From assembly GCA_965214705.1 (NCBI GenBank), contig OZ243972.1:3552001-3616000 (forward strand): 64,000 bases of DNA. Reading direction: 5' to 3'. A model generated the notes under the pieces. That model made no database searches. It was not told where the DNA came from and was given only the letters and a program-made list of their open reading frames with translations. Below, one piece after another: positions 53,082 to 62,977 of this stretch. Positions within the stretch are counted from its first letter, which is position 1. Each line of letters starts with the position of its first letter. The position numbers were made by a program, and so were the translations under genes. This DNA is from Alphaproteobacteria bacterium. Its GTDB lineage: Bacteria; Pseudomonadota; Alphaproteobacteria; UBA828.

Positions 53082-54203
53082 TTACCGAACCGTGACAGAG
53101 ACCGCGATGGGTGCCTCGACCAGCACCGATGGCGCTTCAGGCGGCTCGGGCTCAGACTTGAAGTGTGGCCTAGGTTGTGTCCTGGCGAGCAGTGCGAGCG
53201 GCGGCTCAACCAACGCCGCAGGCGGCTTGGCAGACGCTTGGATCGCCAGCGAAAGCGGCGCTTCGATCGGAGCCTGGCGGGGCGGTCTCGCGGGCGTCTT
53301 CCGTCGAGGTGATTGGGCGAGTTGGCTTACCTCCGGTTGATCGAGCAGCTGCACGATGCCTGGGGCACCGGCACGAGCGACGAGTCGCGGCAGAACGCCC
53401 CACGTGCCGGTCAACTGGTCCTCGCCAACGCGGTTGCTCTGGGTAACGGTGCCGAGTCTTGAGCCATCGGGATGCAGCACATCCCAGGCAATCGTGACGG
53501 TCGCGCTATCCGTGGCGGTGTCGTCCCGTGAGACCGAGACCCAGCCCTGGATAGTCAGACTCCCGTCTTCGAGGTTATCGGTGACGGTGACGCCGACGCG
53601 GGTGAGTGAATACCGCATGGCGCGTGCCAACGCGATGCCTCCGTCGCCTGGGGCACCGCGAACGGTTTCGATCGCAACAGGCAGTTGGGGCGGACGATCT
53701 GGATCTAGGGCTGCCGGCGGTTTCAGCACGGCTGCGACCCGCGCGGCGGCCCGCTCAGCGACAGCGGCCAGATTGGGTGCCGTCGCTGAGCCGGTCGGCA
53801 CGCCGGGGCTTGGCTCCTCGAACCGGAGAGCAGTCTCGCCGTCGGGCGCGATCAACGACCACCTCAGCTTGCCCGCGGCGACCGAGACGCGCCCGGCCAA
53901 GACGATGCTGCTTCGGCTGCCGGCGTGGGTATCGGCCGGCACGTCGCGCAGGTGCAGCGCCTTCACCACTTTGTCCGCCAGCGCAGCCGATTGGTGTGCG
54001 GGCAGCCCAGCGATGGGCGGCACCAGAATGCTGCCCCAGGCGACGTCTCCGGGGCCCAGCCATGCTTGCGTGCTCTTGTCTACGGGTTGGAAGGGGCGGG
54101 GCAGGTCGCCGCAGGCCGCGAGCGCCACGCACGCGATGAGGCCCAGCGCGAGAGGCATCGCCCTTCGCCAGGCGCAACGGGCCACGCTGCCGGGACGCAT
54201 CAT
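53082..54203 (-). CDS. Hypothetical lipoprotein with Pro-rich C-terminus
   Basis: Lipobox LAAC followed by GDLPRPF; co-oriented within the pgeF-prs run. Confidence 0.7.
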   Translation of the reverse strand: MMRPGSVARCAWRRAMPLALGLIACVALAACGDLPRPFQPVDKSTQAWLGPGDVAWGSILVPPIAGLPAHQSAALADKVVKALHLRDVPADTHAGSRSSIVLAGRVSVAAGKLRWSLIAPDGETALRFEEPSPGVPTGSATAPNLAAVAERAAARVAAVLKPPAALDPDRPPQLPVAIETVRGAPGDGGIALARAMRYSLTRVGVTVTDNLEDGSLTIQGWVSVSRDDTATDSATVTIAWDVLHPDGSRLGTVTQSNRVGEDQLTGTWGVLPRLVARAGAPGIVQLLDQPEVSQLAQSPRRKTPARPPRQAPIEAPLSLAIQASAKPPAALVEPPLALLARTQPRPHFKSEPEPPEAPSVLVEAPIAVSVTVR

Positions 54204-54280
54204 GAGCTCGACACCGCCAAGACGCAGCTCGCCACCATGCCGACGAACAGCAGGACGCCGAAGATGATCACGTAGGGCAT
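54200..54280 (-). CDS. 26-aa single-helix membrane peptide
   Basis: [26 protein letters not shown]; ATG 1 nt after the pgeF stop and ATGA overlap with the next gene. Confidence 0.55.
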   Translation of the reverse strand: MPYVIIFGVLLFVGMVASCVLAVSSS

Positions 54281-54281
54281 G

Positions 54282-55061
54282 TCAGGGGCCGAGAGCGACG
54301 ATCGAGATATTGCGACCGTAGTCGGGCTCGCCCCGGTGGACGCTCCGGCGGTAGCTGAAGTAGCGGCCGGCTTCGGCGCAGGTGTCGCCGCCGGTCGCTG
54401 CAACCGCCGCAAGACCGAGGCCGCTCAGCCGACGGGCGACGTAACCCGTCAGGTCGAAGAGGAAGTGCCCGTCGCGCCCCGCCGGCACGAACAGGTCTTC
54501 GTCCTTTGGCCTGCGAGCCAGGAATGGTGCCGGAAACTCGGGCCCTACCTCGTAGGAGGCCGCGCCGATCGCGGGGCCGATCACGGCCCGTATCCCGTCC
54601 GCTCGAGCGCCAAGGCGCAACATGGCCTCGACCGCGGCCTCCAGGATCCCGTTCAGCGCGCCGCGCCAGCCGGCGTGGGCTGCGCCGATCACGCCGGCCT
54701 CGCGATCCGCCATCAGCACCGGCACGCAATCGGCGGTAAGGATCGCCAATGCGAGTCCAGGCGTCGCCGTCGCCATCGCATCGACTCGAGGCGCGTCCTC
54801 CGGCGCCCAGGGCGCGGTCACCACAAGCGCTTCGGCGCTGTGTACCTGATACGCGGTGCAAAGAGTTGCGGGTGAGAGCTCGCAGGCAGCGGTGGCACGC
54901 GCGCGGTTCTCGCGCACCGCCTCGGGGTCATCGCCCGAGCCGTAGCCGCAGTTGAGGGAACGGTAGAGCCCCTCGCTGACGCCCCCGGCGCGGCCGAAGA
55001 AGCCATGGTGGATTCGGCCGTCGGGATCGTCCAACAGCGCATGAGAGATGGGCTCGATCAT
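54282..55061 (-). CDS. pgeF: YfiH/PgeF (laccase-domain purine nucleoside enzyme)
   Basis: HGFFGRAGGVS, QVHS, TADCVP, HAGWRG, YFSYRR. Confidence 0.92.
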   Translation of the reverse strand: MIEPISHALLDDPDGRIHHGFFGRAGGVSEGLYRSLNCGYGSGDDPEAVRENRARATAACELSPATLCTAYQVHSAEALVVTAPWAPEDAPRVDAMATATPGLALAILTADCVPVLMADREAGVIGAAHAGWRGALNGILEAAVEAMLRLGARADGIRAVIGPAIGAASYEVGPEFPAPFLARRPKDEDLFVPAGRDGHFLFDLTGYVARRLSGLGLAAVAATGGDTCAEAGRYFSYRRSVHRGEPDYGRNISIVALGP

Positions 55062-56146
55062 GGCGCCGCAGTTGCCTCAGTCTCGAAACCCGGTGGCGCA
55101 TCCAGCGCCGGGTGTGCGATCGCCAGTGCCTTGAACAGTTCGCCCATACCGTGCATGCCCGTGAGGCGGCGAAGCGCGGCGTCGATGTCGGCGGCCTGAT
55201 CGGTGCTCGCGTTCTGCCGCAGCCGGGCTGCGCGCGCCTCGATCCCCAACGACCGTAGGAATCGGCCTTGGGGCACCGGGCCGAAGACGCGGGCGCCTGC
55301 TTGCCGCGCCACCGACGCCAAAGCGGAGAAATCGACGTGCGCTGTCAGGTCTGCGTTACCGGGCTCGTGCAGCGCGTCGTGGCGACAGTGCCGCTTCAAG
55401 GCTTGCAGGGTATCGCCGAAGCCTGGCCGCTCGGGCCCGTAGTCGATGATGAGCGCTGCGCCGCCCTCCGCTGTGACCCGCTTGGCAAGCGAAGACACGA
55501 GTGCTTCACGCGCCGGTGCGCGTTCGGCGATGGTGCCGGACGGCGCGCACCCGAGGCCATCCTCAACGGGGACCGAATCAGAGGTGGCGAAGCGGAGTGC
55601 CTGGGATGAAGGCGCCAGCGTGACCACGCGCTCCCGCCACGCGTTGCCGAACCGTTCGAACTGCCGGATCGGTAGCGCGTCGAAGAACTCGTTGGCGATG
55701 ACCAGCACCGGGCCGGGGGGCACGGTCTCGAGGCGTTCGTGCCACGTCGGGCGGGCGTCAGCGAGCAGAACGGCCTGCTCCGCGCGCAAGCTCTGGCTCG
55801 ACTCGACGAGATGCAGGTCGATGGCGTCGCGAAAGGCGGGCACGGTCCCCGCGGCGCGCAGCGCATCGGCGAGGAGGGAGCCGCGGCCCGGCCCGAGCTC
55901 CACGAGGCGCACGCGCTGTGGCTGGCCCATGCTCTGCCAAACCGCCGCGCACCAGAGCCCGATCAGCTCGCCGAACATCTGGCTAACCTCGGGCGCAGTG
56001 ACGAAGTCGCCGGCCGCACCGATTGGCCGGCCGCGGCAGTAATAGCCGTGGGTGGGATGATGGAGGCAAAGCTCCATGTAGGCGGCGACGCTGATCGGCC
56101 CGTCGCGCCGTATCCGCTCCCTTATCTCTTCCGCAAGTGCGGTCAT
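55058..56146 (-). CDS. SAM-dependent methyltransferase, MidA/NDUFAF7 family
   Basis: GDFVTAPEVSQMFGE, ELGPGRG, ANEFFDALP, IDYG, DLTAHVDF, MGELFK. Confidence 0.92.
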   Translation of the reverse strand: MTALAEEIRERIRRDGPISVAAYMELCLHHPTHGYYCRGRPIGAAGDFVTAPEVSQMFGELIGLWCAAVWQSMGQPQRVRLVELGPGRGSLLADALRAAGTVPAFRDAIDLHLVESSQSLRAEQAVLLADARPTWHERLETVPPGPVLVIANEFFDALPIRQFERFGNAWRERVVTLAPSSQALRFATSDSVPVEDGLGCAPSGTIAERAPAREALVSSLAKRVTAEGGAALIIDYGPERPGFGDTLQALKRHCRHDALHEPGNADLTAHVDFSALASVARQAGARVFGPVPQGRFLRSLGIEARAARLRQNASTDQAADIDAALRRLTGMHGMGELFKALAIAHPALDAPPGFETEATAAP

Positions 56147-56973
56147 TACCCGGCCTGCCCGCCCGCACGGCCGTCAATCCGAGGCACCGGCGGGATGCGA
56201 AGGATGAGGAAGAGCCCGAGCACGATCATCGGGAGCGAGAGCACCTGCCCCATGCTGATACCCGGCAGGATGAAGCCGAGGAACGCATCCGGCTCGCGGA
56301 ACAGCTCGGCGATGATTCGGGCGACGCCGTAACCGGCGAAGAACATGCCGGCGACGGTACCCGGTCGCCGGACCACCCGCCGCATATGCACGGCGACCGC
56401 GAGGATCGTGAACAGGACGAGGCCCTCCAGGACTGCCTCGTAAATCTGGCTCGGGTGGCGGGGCTCAGGCCCGCCGCCTGGGAACACCATCGCCCAGGAG
56501 ACATCGCTCACCCGACCGTACAGCTCGCCGTTAACGAAATTCGCCATACGGCCCAGGAAGAGGCCGATCGGCACCTGTGCGCAAACCGCATCGGCGACGG
56601 AGAGCAGGCTAATCTTCATGATGCGGGTGTAGAGGACCACCACGACCAGCACGCCCAGGGCACCGCCGTGAAAGGACATCCCGCCCTGCCAGACCACGAA
56701 GATTTCACCGGGATTGGAAAAGTAGTAGCCCGGTTGGTAGAACAGCACGTAGCCCAGCCTGCCGCCCACCACCACACCGAGGGTGCCCATCACCAGCAGG
56801 TCGTCGGCGTGGCGCTTGGTCATTCCATCGATGCAATTCCCGGCGAGATAGCGGACGTACTGCCAGCCGAGCAGCAGGCCGACGACGTAGGACAGCGCGT
56901 ACCAGCGGATGGCGACGGGGCCGATCTCCACGGCCACCGGGTCGATGGCGGGGAAGGCGAGGGCGAAGGTCAT
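56146..56973 (-). CDS. lgt: Prolipoprotein diacylglyceryl transferase
   Basis: IRWYAL, GGRLGY, GGMSFHGG, GRMANFVNGELYGR, HPSQIYE. Confidence 0.96.
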   Translation of the reverse strand: MTFALAFPAIDPVAVEIGPVAIRWYALSYVVGLLLGWQYVRYLAGNCIDGMTKRHADDLLVMGTLGVVVGGRLGYVLFYQPGYYFSNPGEIFVVWQGGMSFHGGALGVLVVVVLYTRIMKISLLSVADAVCAQVPIGLFLGRMANFVNGELYGRVSDVSWAMVFPGGGPEPRHPSQIYEAVLEGLVLFTILAVAVHMRRVVRRPGTVAGMFFAGYGVARIIAELFREPDAFLGFILPGISMGQVLSLPMIVLGLFLILRIPPVPRIDGRAGGQAG

Positions 56974-57974
56974 CGATAGGGGTCGTCCTGGCTCAGATAG
57001 TCACGCACATAGCAGCCGACACCATCTTCGATAGCCATGAAGGGTGCCGTGTAGCCCGCGCGGCGGAGGCGTCCCGTCCGCGCCTCAGTAAAGTACTGGT
57101 AATGCGCGCGTATGGCTTCCGGCATCTCGACATAGTCGATCGACGGTGCGCGGCCGAGTGCCGCGAAGAGCGCATTCGCAAGCGCCGTAAAACTGCGCGC
57201 CGTTCCGGTCCCGACATTGAACAAGCCGCTCATCTGCGGATTATCCAGCAGCCAGAGCATCACGGCGACACAATCACCGACCCACACGAAGTCGCGGCAC
57301 TGGCCGCCGTCGGGGTATCGCGAGTCGCAGGACTTGAAGAGGCGGATGGGTCGGTCCTCGGCAGCGTCGGGGTACGCGGTCGCCACGACGCTGCGCTGGC
57401 CGTTCTTGTGATACTCATTCGGACCATAGACGTTGAAGAATTTGAGGCCGGCCCACTGCGGCGGTCTCGGTGCGCCCGCTGCCACCTCGTGAGCGACGCG
57501 GCGATCGAAGAGATGCTTGCTGCGGCCGTAGCCATTGAGCGGCTTCAGTCGGGCGAGCGCCTGGATCGAATCGTCATCGTCGAAGCCGCACGAACCGTCT
57601 CCGTAGGTGGCGGCCGATGAGGCGTAGATCAGCGGCACGTCCTCAGCCGCGCACCAGTGCCAGAGGTTCAGGCTGAAACGATAGTTGTTCCGCGCGAGCA
57701 GACTTGCATCGGATTCGGTCGTGGACGAGATGGCGCCCAAGTGAAAGACGGCGCGCACCTGCTCGGATTGGGCTGCGAGATAGGCGGGGAGGGCGGCCGG
57801 CTCGACGAAGGCGCCGAGCTTTCGCTTGGCGATGGTCCGACCGTTGCCGCCCGCGCACGGCGTGTCGCAGACCACCAGGGGGCGCTCGCCTCGCTCTTCC
57901 AGGGCGGCGATCAGGTTCGAGCCGATGAAGCCCGCACCGCCCGTGACGATGATCATGCCGTTGCCTTCTGCCAT
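56970..57974 (-). CDS. hldD: ADP-L-glycero-D-manno-heptose 6-epimerase
   Basis: IIVTGGAGFIGSN, HLGAISSTTE, YASSAATYG, PLNGYGRSK, FFNVYGPNEYHK, YQYFTEA. Confidence 0.92.
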   Translation of the reverse strand: MAEGNGMIIVTGGAGFIGSNLIAALEERGERPLVVCDTPCAGGNGRTIAKRKLGAFVEPAALPAYLAAQSEQVRAVFHLGAISSTTESDASLLARNNYRFSLNLWHWCAAEDVPLIYASSAATYGDGSCGFDDDDSIQALARLKPLNGYGRSKHLFDRRVAHEVAAGAPRPPQWAGLKFFNVYGPNEYHKNGQRSVVATAYPDAAEDRPIRLFKSCDSRYPDGGQCRDFVWVGDCVAVMLWLLDNPQMSGLFNVGTGTARSFTALANALFAALGRAPSIDYVEMPEAIRAHYQYFTEARTGRLRRAGYTAPFMAIEDGVGCYVRDYLSQDDPYR

Positions 57975-58070
57975 GCCGTTCGAGTCGGCGCGGCAGGTTA
58001 TAGGGTCGCCCCGTCGGGGCCGGCAAGCACCAAGCGACATCGCCGCGCGAAGCCGAAGCGGACGATTCGC

Positions 58071-58949
58071 TCAGATCGTTCGCAGCAGCCCGCCCATGAC
58101 AAGACGCAACTTCTGGGTCGCGGTGAACCTGATGCGCCGGCCGGCGACCGGGAAGTCCGCCCGCTCGATGCGGTCGAGATAGGCCTCGTAGACGCTGCGC
58201 ATGAGAATGGCAGGCCGCATGGAACGGCGTTCCGAGCGTGGCAGCGCCTCGCTCGCGGCACCGAAATGCCGCCGTGCCATCCCGCCCAGCGAGCGGCAGA
58301 CCTTCTCCACTCCGGGCGTGCGCCCGATTGCCTCCGGCTTGATGTCCGCGAGCCCCTGCTTCTCCAGCAGCTCCTGCGGCAGGTAGATGCGTCCCCGCCT
58401 TGCGTCCTCCGCCACATCGCGAAGGATGTTGGTGAACTGGAAGGCCTGGCCGAGATGACGCGCGAAGGTGGGGATGGTGCGCGCGCGGTACTCGAAGATT
58501 TCCACCGAGAGCAGGCCGACGCAGCCGGCGACGCAGTGGCAGTAGCGTTCGAGCTCGGCGAGCGTCGGCCGCAGCATGGCGCCGCCGCCGTCCATCTCGA
58601 AGCCTTCGAGGATCTCCATGAAGTGCTTCTCGGCGAGCCCGAAGCGCTGGACCGGGATGGCAAGGGCGCGGGTCACCGGGTGGCGGGGCGTGCCCTGGTA
58701 GAGCGCCCGGACTTCGCCACGCCAGGCGTCGATCAGCGCGCGCGACTCTTCGGGGTCCTCGATCTCGTCGGCGACGTCGTCGGTCTCCCGGCAGAAGGCA
58801 TAGAGAGCCAGCATCGCCTCGCGCTTCTCGCGCGGCAGCAGCATCATCGGCAGGAAGAACGAGCTCCCGGACGCCCGCGTCACCTCGGCGACGTAGCGCT
58901 TCGGGTCGGGCGCCTCGGGAATCGGCAGGGTGACGGCTGTGCTCACCAT
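58071..58949 (-). CDS. hpnD: Presqualene diphosphate synthase HpnD
   Basis: SGSSF, YAFCRETDDVAD, YCHCVAG, FQFTNILRDVAEDARRGRIYLP. Confidence 0.88.
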   Translation of the reverse strand: MVSTAVTLPIPEAPDPKRYVAEVTRASGSSFFLPMMLLPREKREAMLALYAFCRETDDVADEIEDPEESRALIDAWRGEVRALYQGTPRHPVTRALAIPVQRFGLAEKHFMEILEGFEMDGGGAMLRPTLAELERYCHCVAGCVGLLSVEIFEYRARTIPTFARHLGQAFQFTNILRDVAEDARRGRIYLPQELLEKQGLADIKPEAIGRTPGVEKVCRSLGGMARRHFGAASEALPRSERRSMRPAILMRSVYEAYLDRIERADFPVAGRRIRFTATQKLRLVMGGLLRTI

Positions 58950-59827
58950 GCCTGGACGATGCCGCTCAGCGCGAGGCCGGCGCGGCTCGTTTTGGGCACC
59001 CTAATTTTGCCGGCGAGGGGGTCGCCGTGCGCGAGCCGGTGCTGGAGCGCCCAGGCCAGCTTGACGATCACTGCGCACTCCCAGCGGAAGCGGCGACGGC
59101 GCACCGAGCCCGGCATCGCTTCGGCGCGCCGGAGCAGATCCGCGGTTCCTTCCAGGCACCGGTCGATGGCGTGGCGGACCGCCGGCGCCGCCCGCCGCTC
59201 GGCGAGCATCTCAACCCCGCCGCCAGCCTCTTTCAGCCAGGGTTCCGGCACGTACACGCGATCCAGCGCGAGGTAGTCCTCTCCGCAGTCCTGCAGATGA
59301 TTGAGCACCTGGAGGGCATTGCAGAGCGCGTCGGAGCCCTCGATATCGGCGTGCCCGCTTTCGCCGTGGATGTCCATCATCACTCGGCCGACCGACGCCG
59401 CCGAGCGCTGGCAGTAGTCCATCAGGTCGTCCCAGTCGGCGTAGCGCAACTTGGTCGCGTCCTGGATGAAGGCGGAGAGCAGGTCGCGCCCGTTCTGCGC
59501 CGGGCATCCGGTCTCGATCAGGCTGCGGTGGTACGGCACCGCCCAGTCGGGGAGCGCCGACTCATCCTGGCCGAGGGCGTCGCTCGCAGCCCGCAGCCGG
59601 GCCACCTTCTCGGCCGCCGGGATGGTCGGCGAATCGGCGATGTCGTCGGCCTTGCGCGCGAACAGGTAGAAGGCATGGACGTGAGGCCGGCAGTCGGGCG
59701 GGATCAGGAAAGAGCCGACCGGAAAGTTCTCGGTGTTGGCGCGGATCAGCGCGCGGATGTTCTCCTCGCGCCCGGCCGGCGCCCGGCCGCCCGTCGTTTC
59801 CACCGCCGCGGATGCGGAAACCGTCAT
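58943..59827 (-). CDS. hpnC: Hydroxysqualene synthase HpnC
   Basis: ENFPVGS, FARKADDIAD, AFIQD, YCQRSA, LQVLNHLQD. Confidence 0.88.
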   Translation of the reverse strand: MTVSASAAVETTGGRAPAGREENIRALIRANTENFPVGSFLIPPDCRPHVHAFYLFARKADDIADSPTIPAAEKVARLRAASDALGQDESALPDWAVPYHRSLIETGCPAQNGRDLLSAFIQDATKLRYADWDDLMDYCQRSAASVGRVMMDIHGESGHADIEGSDALCNALQVLNHLQDCGEDYLALDRVYVPEPWLKEAGGGVEMLAERRAAPAVRHAIDRCLEGTADLLRRAEAMPGSVRRRRFRWECAVIVKLAWALQHRLAHGDPLAGKIRVPKTSRAGLALSGIVQAW

Positions 59828-59833
59828 CGGCCG

Positions 59834-61060
59834 CTAGGTATCACCGGCCAGCAGCCGCTCGGCGTGCTCCCTGGCCGCGCCGTCGATCTCGTACACGTCG
59901 TCGAGCCCACCCACGGTGCGGTGGTTGGTCTGCTCCAGGCAGCGTTCGACCGTCTGCGCGATCTCCAGGAAGCCGATGCGGCGCTCCAGAAAGCCGCCGA
60001 CGGCAATCTCGTTGGCGGCGTTGAGCACGATCGGCGCGCTGCCGCCCTGGGTCAGGGCCTCCCGCGCGAGCCGAAGTGCCGGGAAGCGCACCTCATCCGG
60101 CGGCTCGAAGGTGAGACGGCCGAGCGTCGCGAGGTCGAGCCGGGGCGAGGGCGCCGCCATGCGAGCCGGCCACGCTAGGGCGTAGGCGATCGGCGTGCGC
60201 ATGTCGGGCGTGCCCAGCTGCGCCAGCACGGAGCCGTCTTCGTAGGCCACCATGCTGTGGATCACCGATTGGGGATGCACCAGCACCTCGATCTGCTCCG
60301 CGTCCACCGGGAACAAGTGAAAGGCCTCGATCATCTCGAGGCCCTTGTTCATCATTGTCGCCGAATCCACCGAAATCTTGGCGCCCATGTCCCAGTTGGG
60401 GTGCGCTACCGCTTGCTCCGGCGTGGCCTGCGCCATGGTTTCCACCGACGCCTCGCGGAACGGCCCGCCCGAGGCGGTGAGCACGATCTTCTCCACGCTC
60501 TCTGCGCGCTCGAAGTCGAACACCTGGTAGATGGCGTTGTGCTCCGAATCGACCGGAAGCAGTGTCGCGCCGCCGCGCTCGACCTCGGCCAGCATGAGCG
60601 AGCCGGCGCAGACCAGGCACTCCTTGTTGGCGAGGCCGATGACCGCGCCTTGTGCGGCGGCCGCGAGCGTAGGCCTCAGCCCCGCCGCGCCGACGATCCC
60701 GGCCATGACGAAATCGGCGGGCGCGGCGGCGGCTTCCACCAACGCCTCGCGTCCAGCGGCGGCAGCGGTCTCCGAGCCGGCGAGCGCCTCCTTGAGCATG
60801 CCGTAGAGCGCGGGATCGCCGATGACGGCCTGCTTCGCACCGACCGCGCGGGCCTGCTCGGCGAGCTGCTTCACGCGGCGCTGGGCAGTGAGCGCCTCGA
60901 CCTCGAAGGCCGCCGGGTGGCGGGCGATCAGGTCGATGGTGTTGCAGCCGATCGAACCCGTGGAGCCCAGGATGGTGACGCGCCTGGGCGCCGCACCCTC
61001 GCCGGCGGCGGGGATGTACGATTCGGGCGAGACGTCGACGGCCGCGTCCATCGGCGCCAT
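59834..61060 (-). CDS. dxr: 1-deoxy-D-xylulose 5-phosphate reductoisomerase
   Basis: LGSTGSIG, LANKE, PVDSEH, TASGGPF, HPNWDMGAKI, NKGLE, NAANE. Confidence 0.96.
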   Translation of the reverse strand: MAPMDAAVDVSPESYIPAAGEGAAPRRVTILGSTGSIGCNTIDLIARHPAAFEVEALTAQRRVKQLAEQARAVGAKQAVIGDPALYGMLKEALAGSETAAAAGREALVEAAAAPADFVMAGIVGAAGLRPTLAAAAQGAVIGLANKECLVCAGSLMLAEVERGGATLLPVDSEHNAIYQVFDFERAESVEKIVLTASGGPFREASVETMAQATPEQAVAHPNWDMGAKISVDSATMMNKGLEMIEAFHLFPVDAEQIEVLVHPQSVIHSMVAYEDGSVLAQLGTPDMRTPIAYALAWPARMAAPSPRLDLATLGRLTFEPPDEVRFPALRLAREALTQGGSAPIVLNAANEIAVGGFLERRIGFLEIAQTVERCLEQTNHRTVGGLDDVYEIDGAAREHAERLLAGDT

Positions 61061-61186
61061 TCACGAAGTTCCTTCGTCAGCCGGAGTCTTGGCGTAGTAT
61101 GGCGAATATCTTTCCAGCCCTCTCTCGCCATCGCAACCGCAAAGGCCGAGGGGCCAAGTGAGAGACCCGCGCCGCCGGAGGACGAC

Positions 61187-61519
61187 ATGAGCCTGACCAG
61201 CAAAACCTGCGAACCCTGCCGGGGCGGCATTCCGCCGCTCGAAGAAGCCGAAGCACGGGCGTTTCTGGACCAAACGCCGGGATGGGAGCTGATCGACGAC
61301 GCCACCAAGATCCGCCGCACCTTCAAGCTCGGCGATTTCGTGGAGTCCATCGCGCTGGTGAACAAGGTGGGCGACTTGGCCGAGGAAGAGGGCCATCACC
61401 CCGACATTACCTTCGGCTGGGGCTACTGCACGATCCTGTTCTACACCCACAAGATCAAGGGCCTGCACGAGAACGATTTCATCATGGCGGCCAAGGTCAA
61501 CGAGCTGGCTGGCAGTTAA
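61187..61519 (+). CDS. phhB: Pterin-4-alpha-carbinolamine dehydratase
   Basis: CEPCRGG, EGHHPD, THKIKGLHENDFIMAAK; GGAGG RBS. Confidence 0.92.
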   Translation: MSLTSKTCEPCRGGIPPLEEAEARAFLDQTPGWELIDDATKIRRTFKLGDFVESIALVNKVGDLAEEEGHHPDITFGWGYCTILFYTHKIKGLHENDFIMAAKVNELAGS

Positions 61520-61552
61520 ACTGCCGACGGGTCTGCGTCGATATTCGGGTCT

Positions 61553-61762
61553 TTACCTGAAAGAGGCCTGGACCACGCCGTGCGGGACGTACCGTGACGG
61601 TTGAGTGAGGCGACGCTCGACCTCGGCAGCCTGCTGCGGAGTGAGGTGGAGCGCATTGGAGTCTTGGTCAACCATGCTCAAGAGCACCGCGGCCGCTTCA
61701 TCCTGACGATCGGGCGGGAGCTTGCGCAGCTTCGCGATCGCCTCTTCGAGTCGCTCAGTCAT
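61553..61762 (-). CDS. Small addiction-module antitoxin-like protein (orphan)
   Basis: MTERLEEAIAKLRKLPPDRQDEAA...LTPQQAAEVERRL resembles antitoxins found upstream of RelE/ParE toxins; no toxin follows. Confidence 0.55.
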   Translation of the reverse strand: MTERLEEAIAKLRKLPPDRQDEAAAVLLSMVDQDSNALHLTPQQAAEVERRLTQPSRYVPHGVVQASFR

Positions 61763-61775
61763 GTTGGGATGTTAG

Positions 61776-62977
61776 GGAAAGTCTGAACAACCCCATCTTG
61801 GCGGCTTCGAGGGGGAGAGGGGGCTTGGATTTGAAGCTCGACGATATTGCCGGCAGGCCGGGGGCTACTTTTGCCACGGGATGCGTTGCGAGCGGGCGAT
61901 ATCCGTGTCGATCAGCGGCATTTGCCGCCGTCCCGCCCGCGGCGGGCAACCTGCTCCCCTGTCATTGCGTCGCGTAGCGGCCGGCGATCAGTAGGTTCGA
62001 GAACCCCAGCAGCAACGCGATGCGCTGCCTGTTCTTCGCCACGCCCCGGTAGCGCACCTTGGCGTAGCCGAAGTGCCGCTTCACGTACAGGAACGGATGC
62101 TCCACCTTCGCCCGCACCGACGCCTTGCGCGTCTCCGCCGCCGCTTCGGCGCCACCCCCGGCCAGCAGCCGGCGCCGCCCCGGCTTCATCGCCACACGCC
62201 ACTCGACACTGCCATCCCGGTGCTCAGGACGCTTCTCCACCCCCTGGTAGCCTGCGTCGCCCCACGCCGTCACCTCGGCGCCATGCAGCAGCGCTCCCGC
62301 CTGCGTCACGTCGCTTGCGTTGGCCGCCGTCGTCACCACGCTGTGCGCCAGACCAGACCCGGCGTCCACCCCGATGTGCGCCTTCATCCCGAAATACCAC
62401 TGCTTGCCCTTCCTCGTCTGACGCATCTCAGGGTCCCGTGCGCGGCGCCGGTTCTTCGTCGACGACGGCGCCTCGATGATGCTCGCGTCAACGATCGTCC
62501 CCGTGCGCAGCCAATGGCCGCGCGACGCCAGGTGCGCATTGATCTCCTCGAACAGACCCGCGCCCAGATCGTGCCTCTCCAGCAGATGCCGGAAGTTCAG
62601 GATGGTGGTCTCGTCGGGCAGCGCCTCCGCCAGCCGCAGCCCCACGAAACGCCGCACCGACTCCACCTCGTAGAGCAGGTCCTCCATCCCCGGATCGCTC
62701 AGGTTGTAGAACAGCTGCACGCAGTGAACGCGCAGCATCACCCCAAGCGGGTACGGGCGCCGACCGCGCCCCGCCTTCGGATAGAACGGCTCGATCCGCC
62801 GTTCCAGCCGCTCCCAGGGAACCAGCTTGTCCATCTTCTCCAGGAACAGCTCGCGCCGCGTCCGGCGCTTCTTCAAGTCGTGCTCCAGTTCCGAAAAGCT
62901 CGCCTGTGCCATGACCCGATCATCCAATCTGCGACTCCTACGAAAATCATGGCACACCCGACTTGATCAGACCTTCC
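61776..62977 (-). mobile_element. IS5-family (IS5 subgroup) insertion sequence, 1202 bp
   Basis: Terminal IRs GGAAAGTCTGAACAA / GGAAGGTCTGATCAA; 4-bp duplication TTAG at 61772-61775 and 62978-62981 (YTAR target). Confidence 0.94.
61962..62912 (-). CDS. IS5-family transposase
   Basis: RRTRRELFL, PDETTILNFRHLLE, IVDASII, FGMKAHIGVD, GDAGYQG, RAKVEHPF, KVRYRG. Confidence 0.95.
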   Translation of the reverse strand: MAQASFSELEHDLKKRRTRRELFLEKMDKLVPWERLERRIEPFYPKAGRGRRPYPLGVMLRVHCVQLFYNLSDPGMEDLLYEVESVRRFVGLRLAEALPDETTILNFRHLLERHDLGAGLFEEINAHLASRGHWLRTGTIVDASIIEAPSSTKNRRRARDPEMRQTRKGKQWYFGMKAHIGVDAGSGLAHSVVTTAANASDVTQAGALLHGAEVTAWGDAGYQGVEKRPEHRDGSVEWRVAMKPGRRRLLAGGGAEAAAETRKASVRAKVEHPFLYVKRHFGYAKVRYRGVAKNRQRIALLLGFSNLLIAGRYATQ

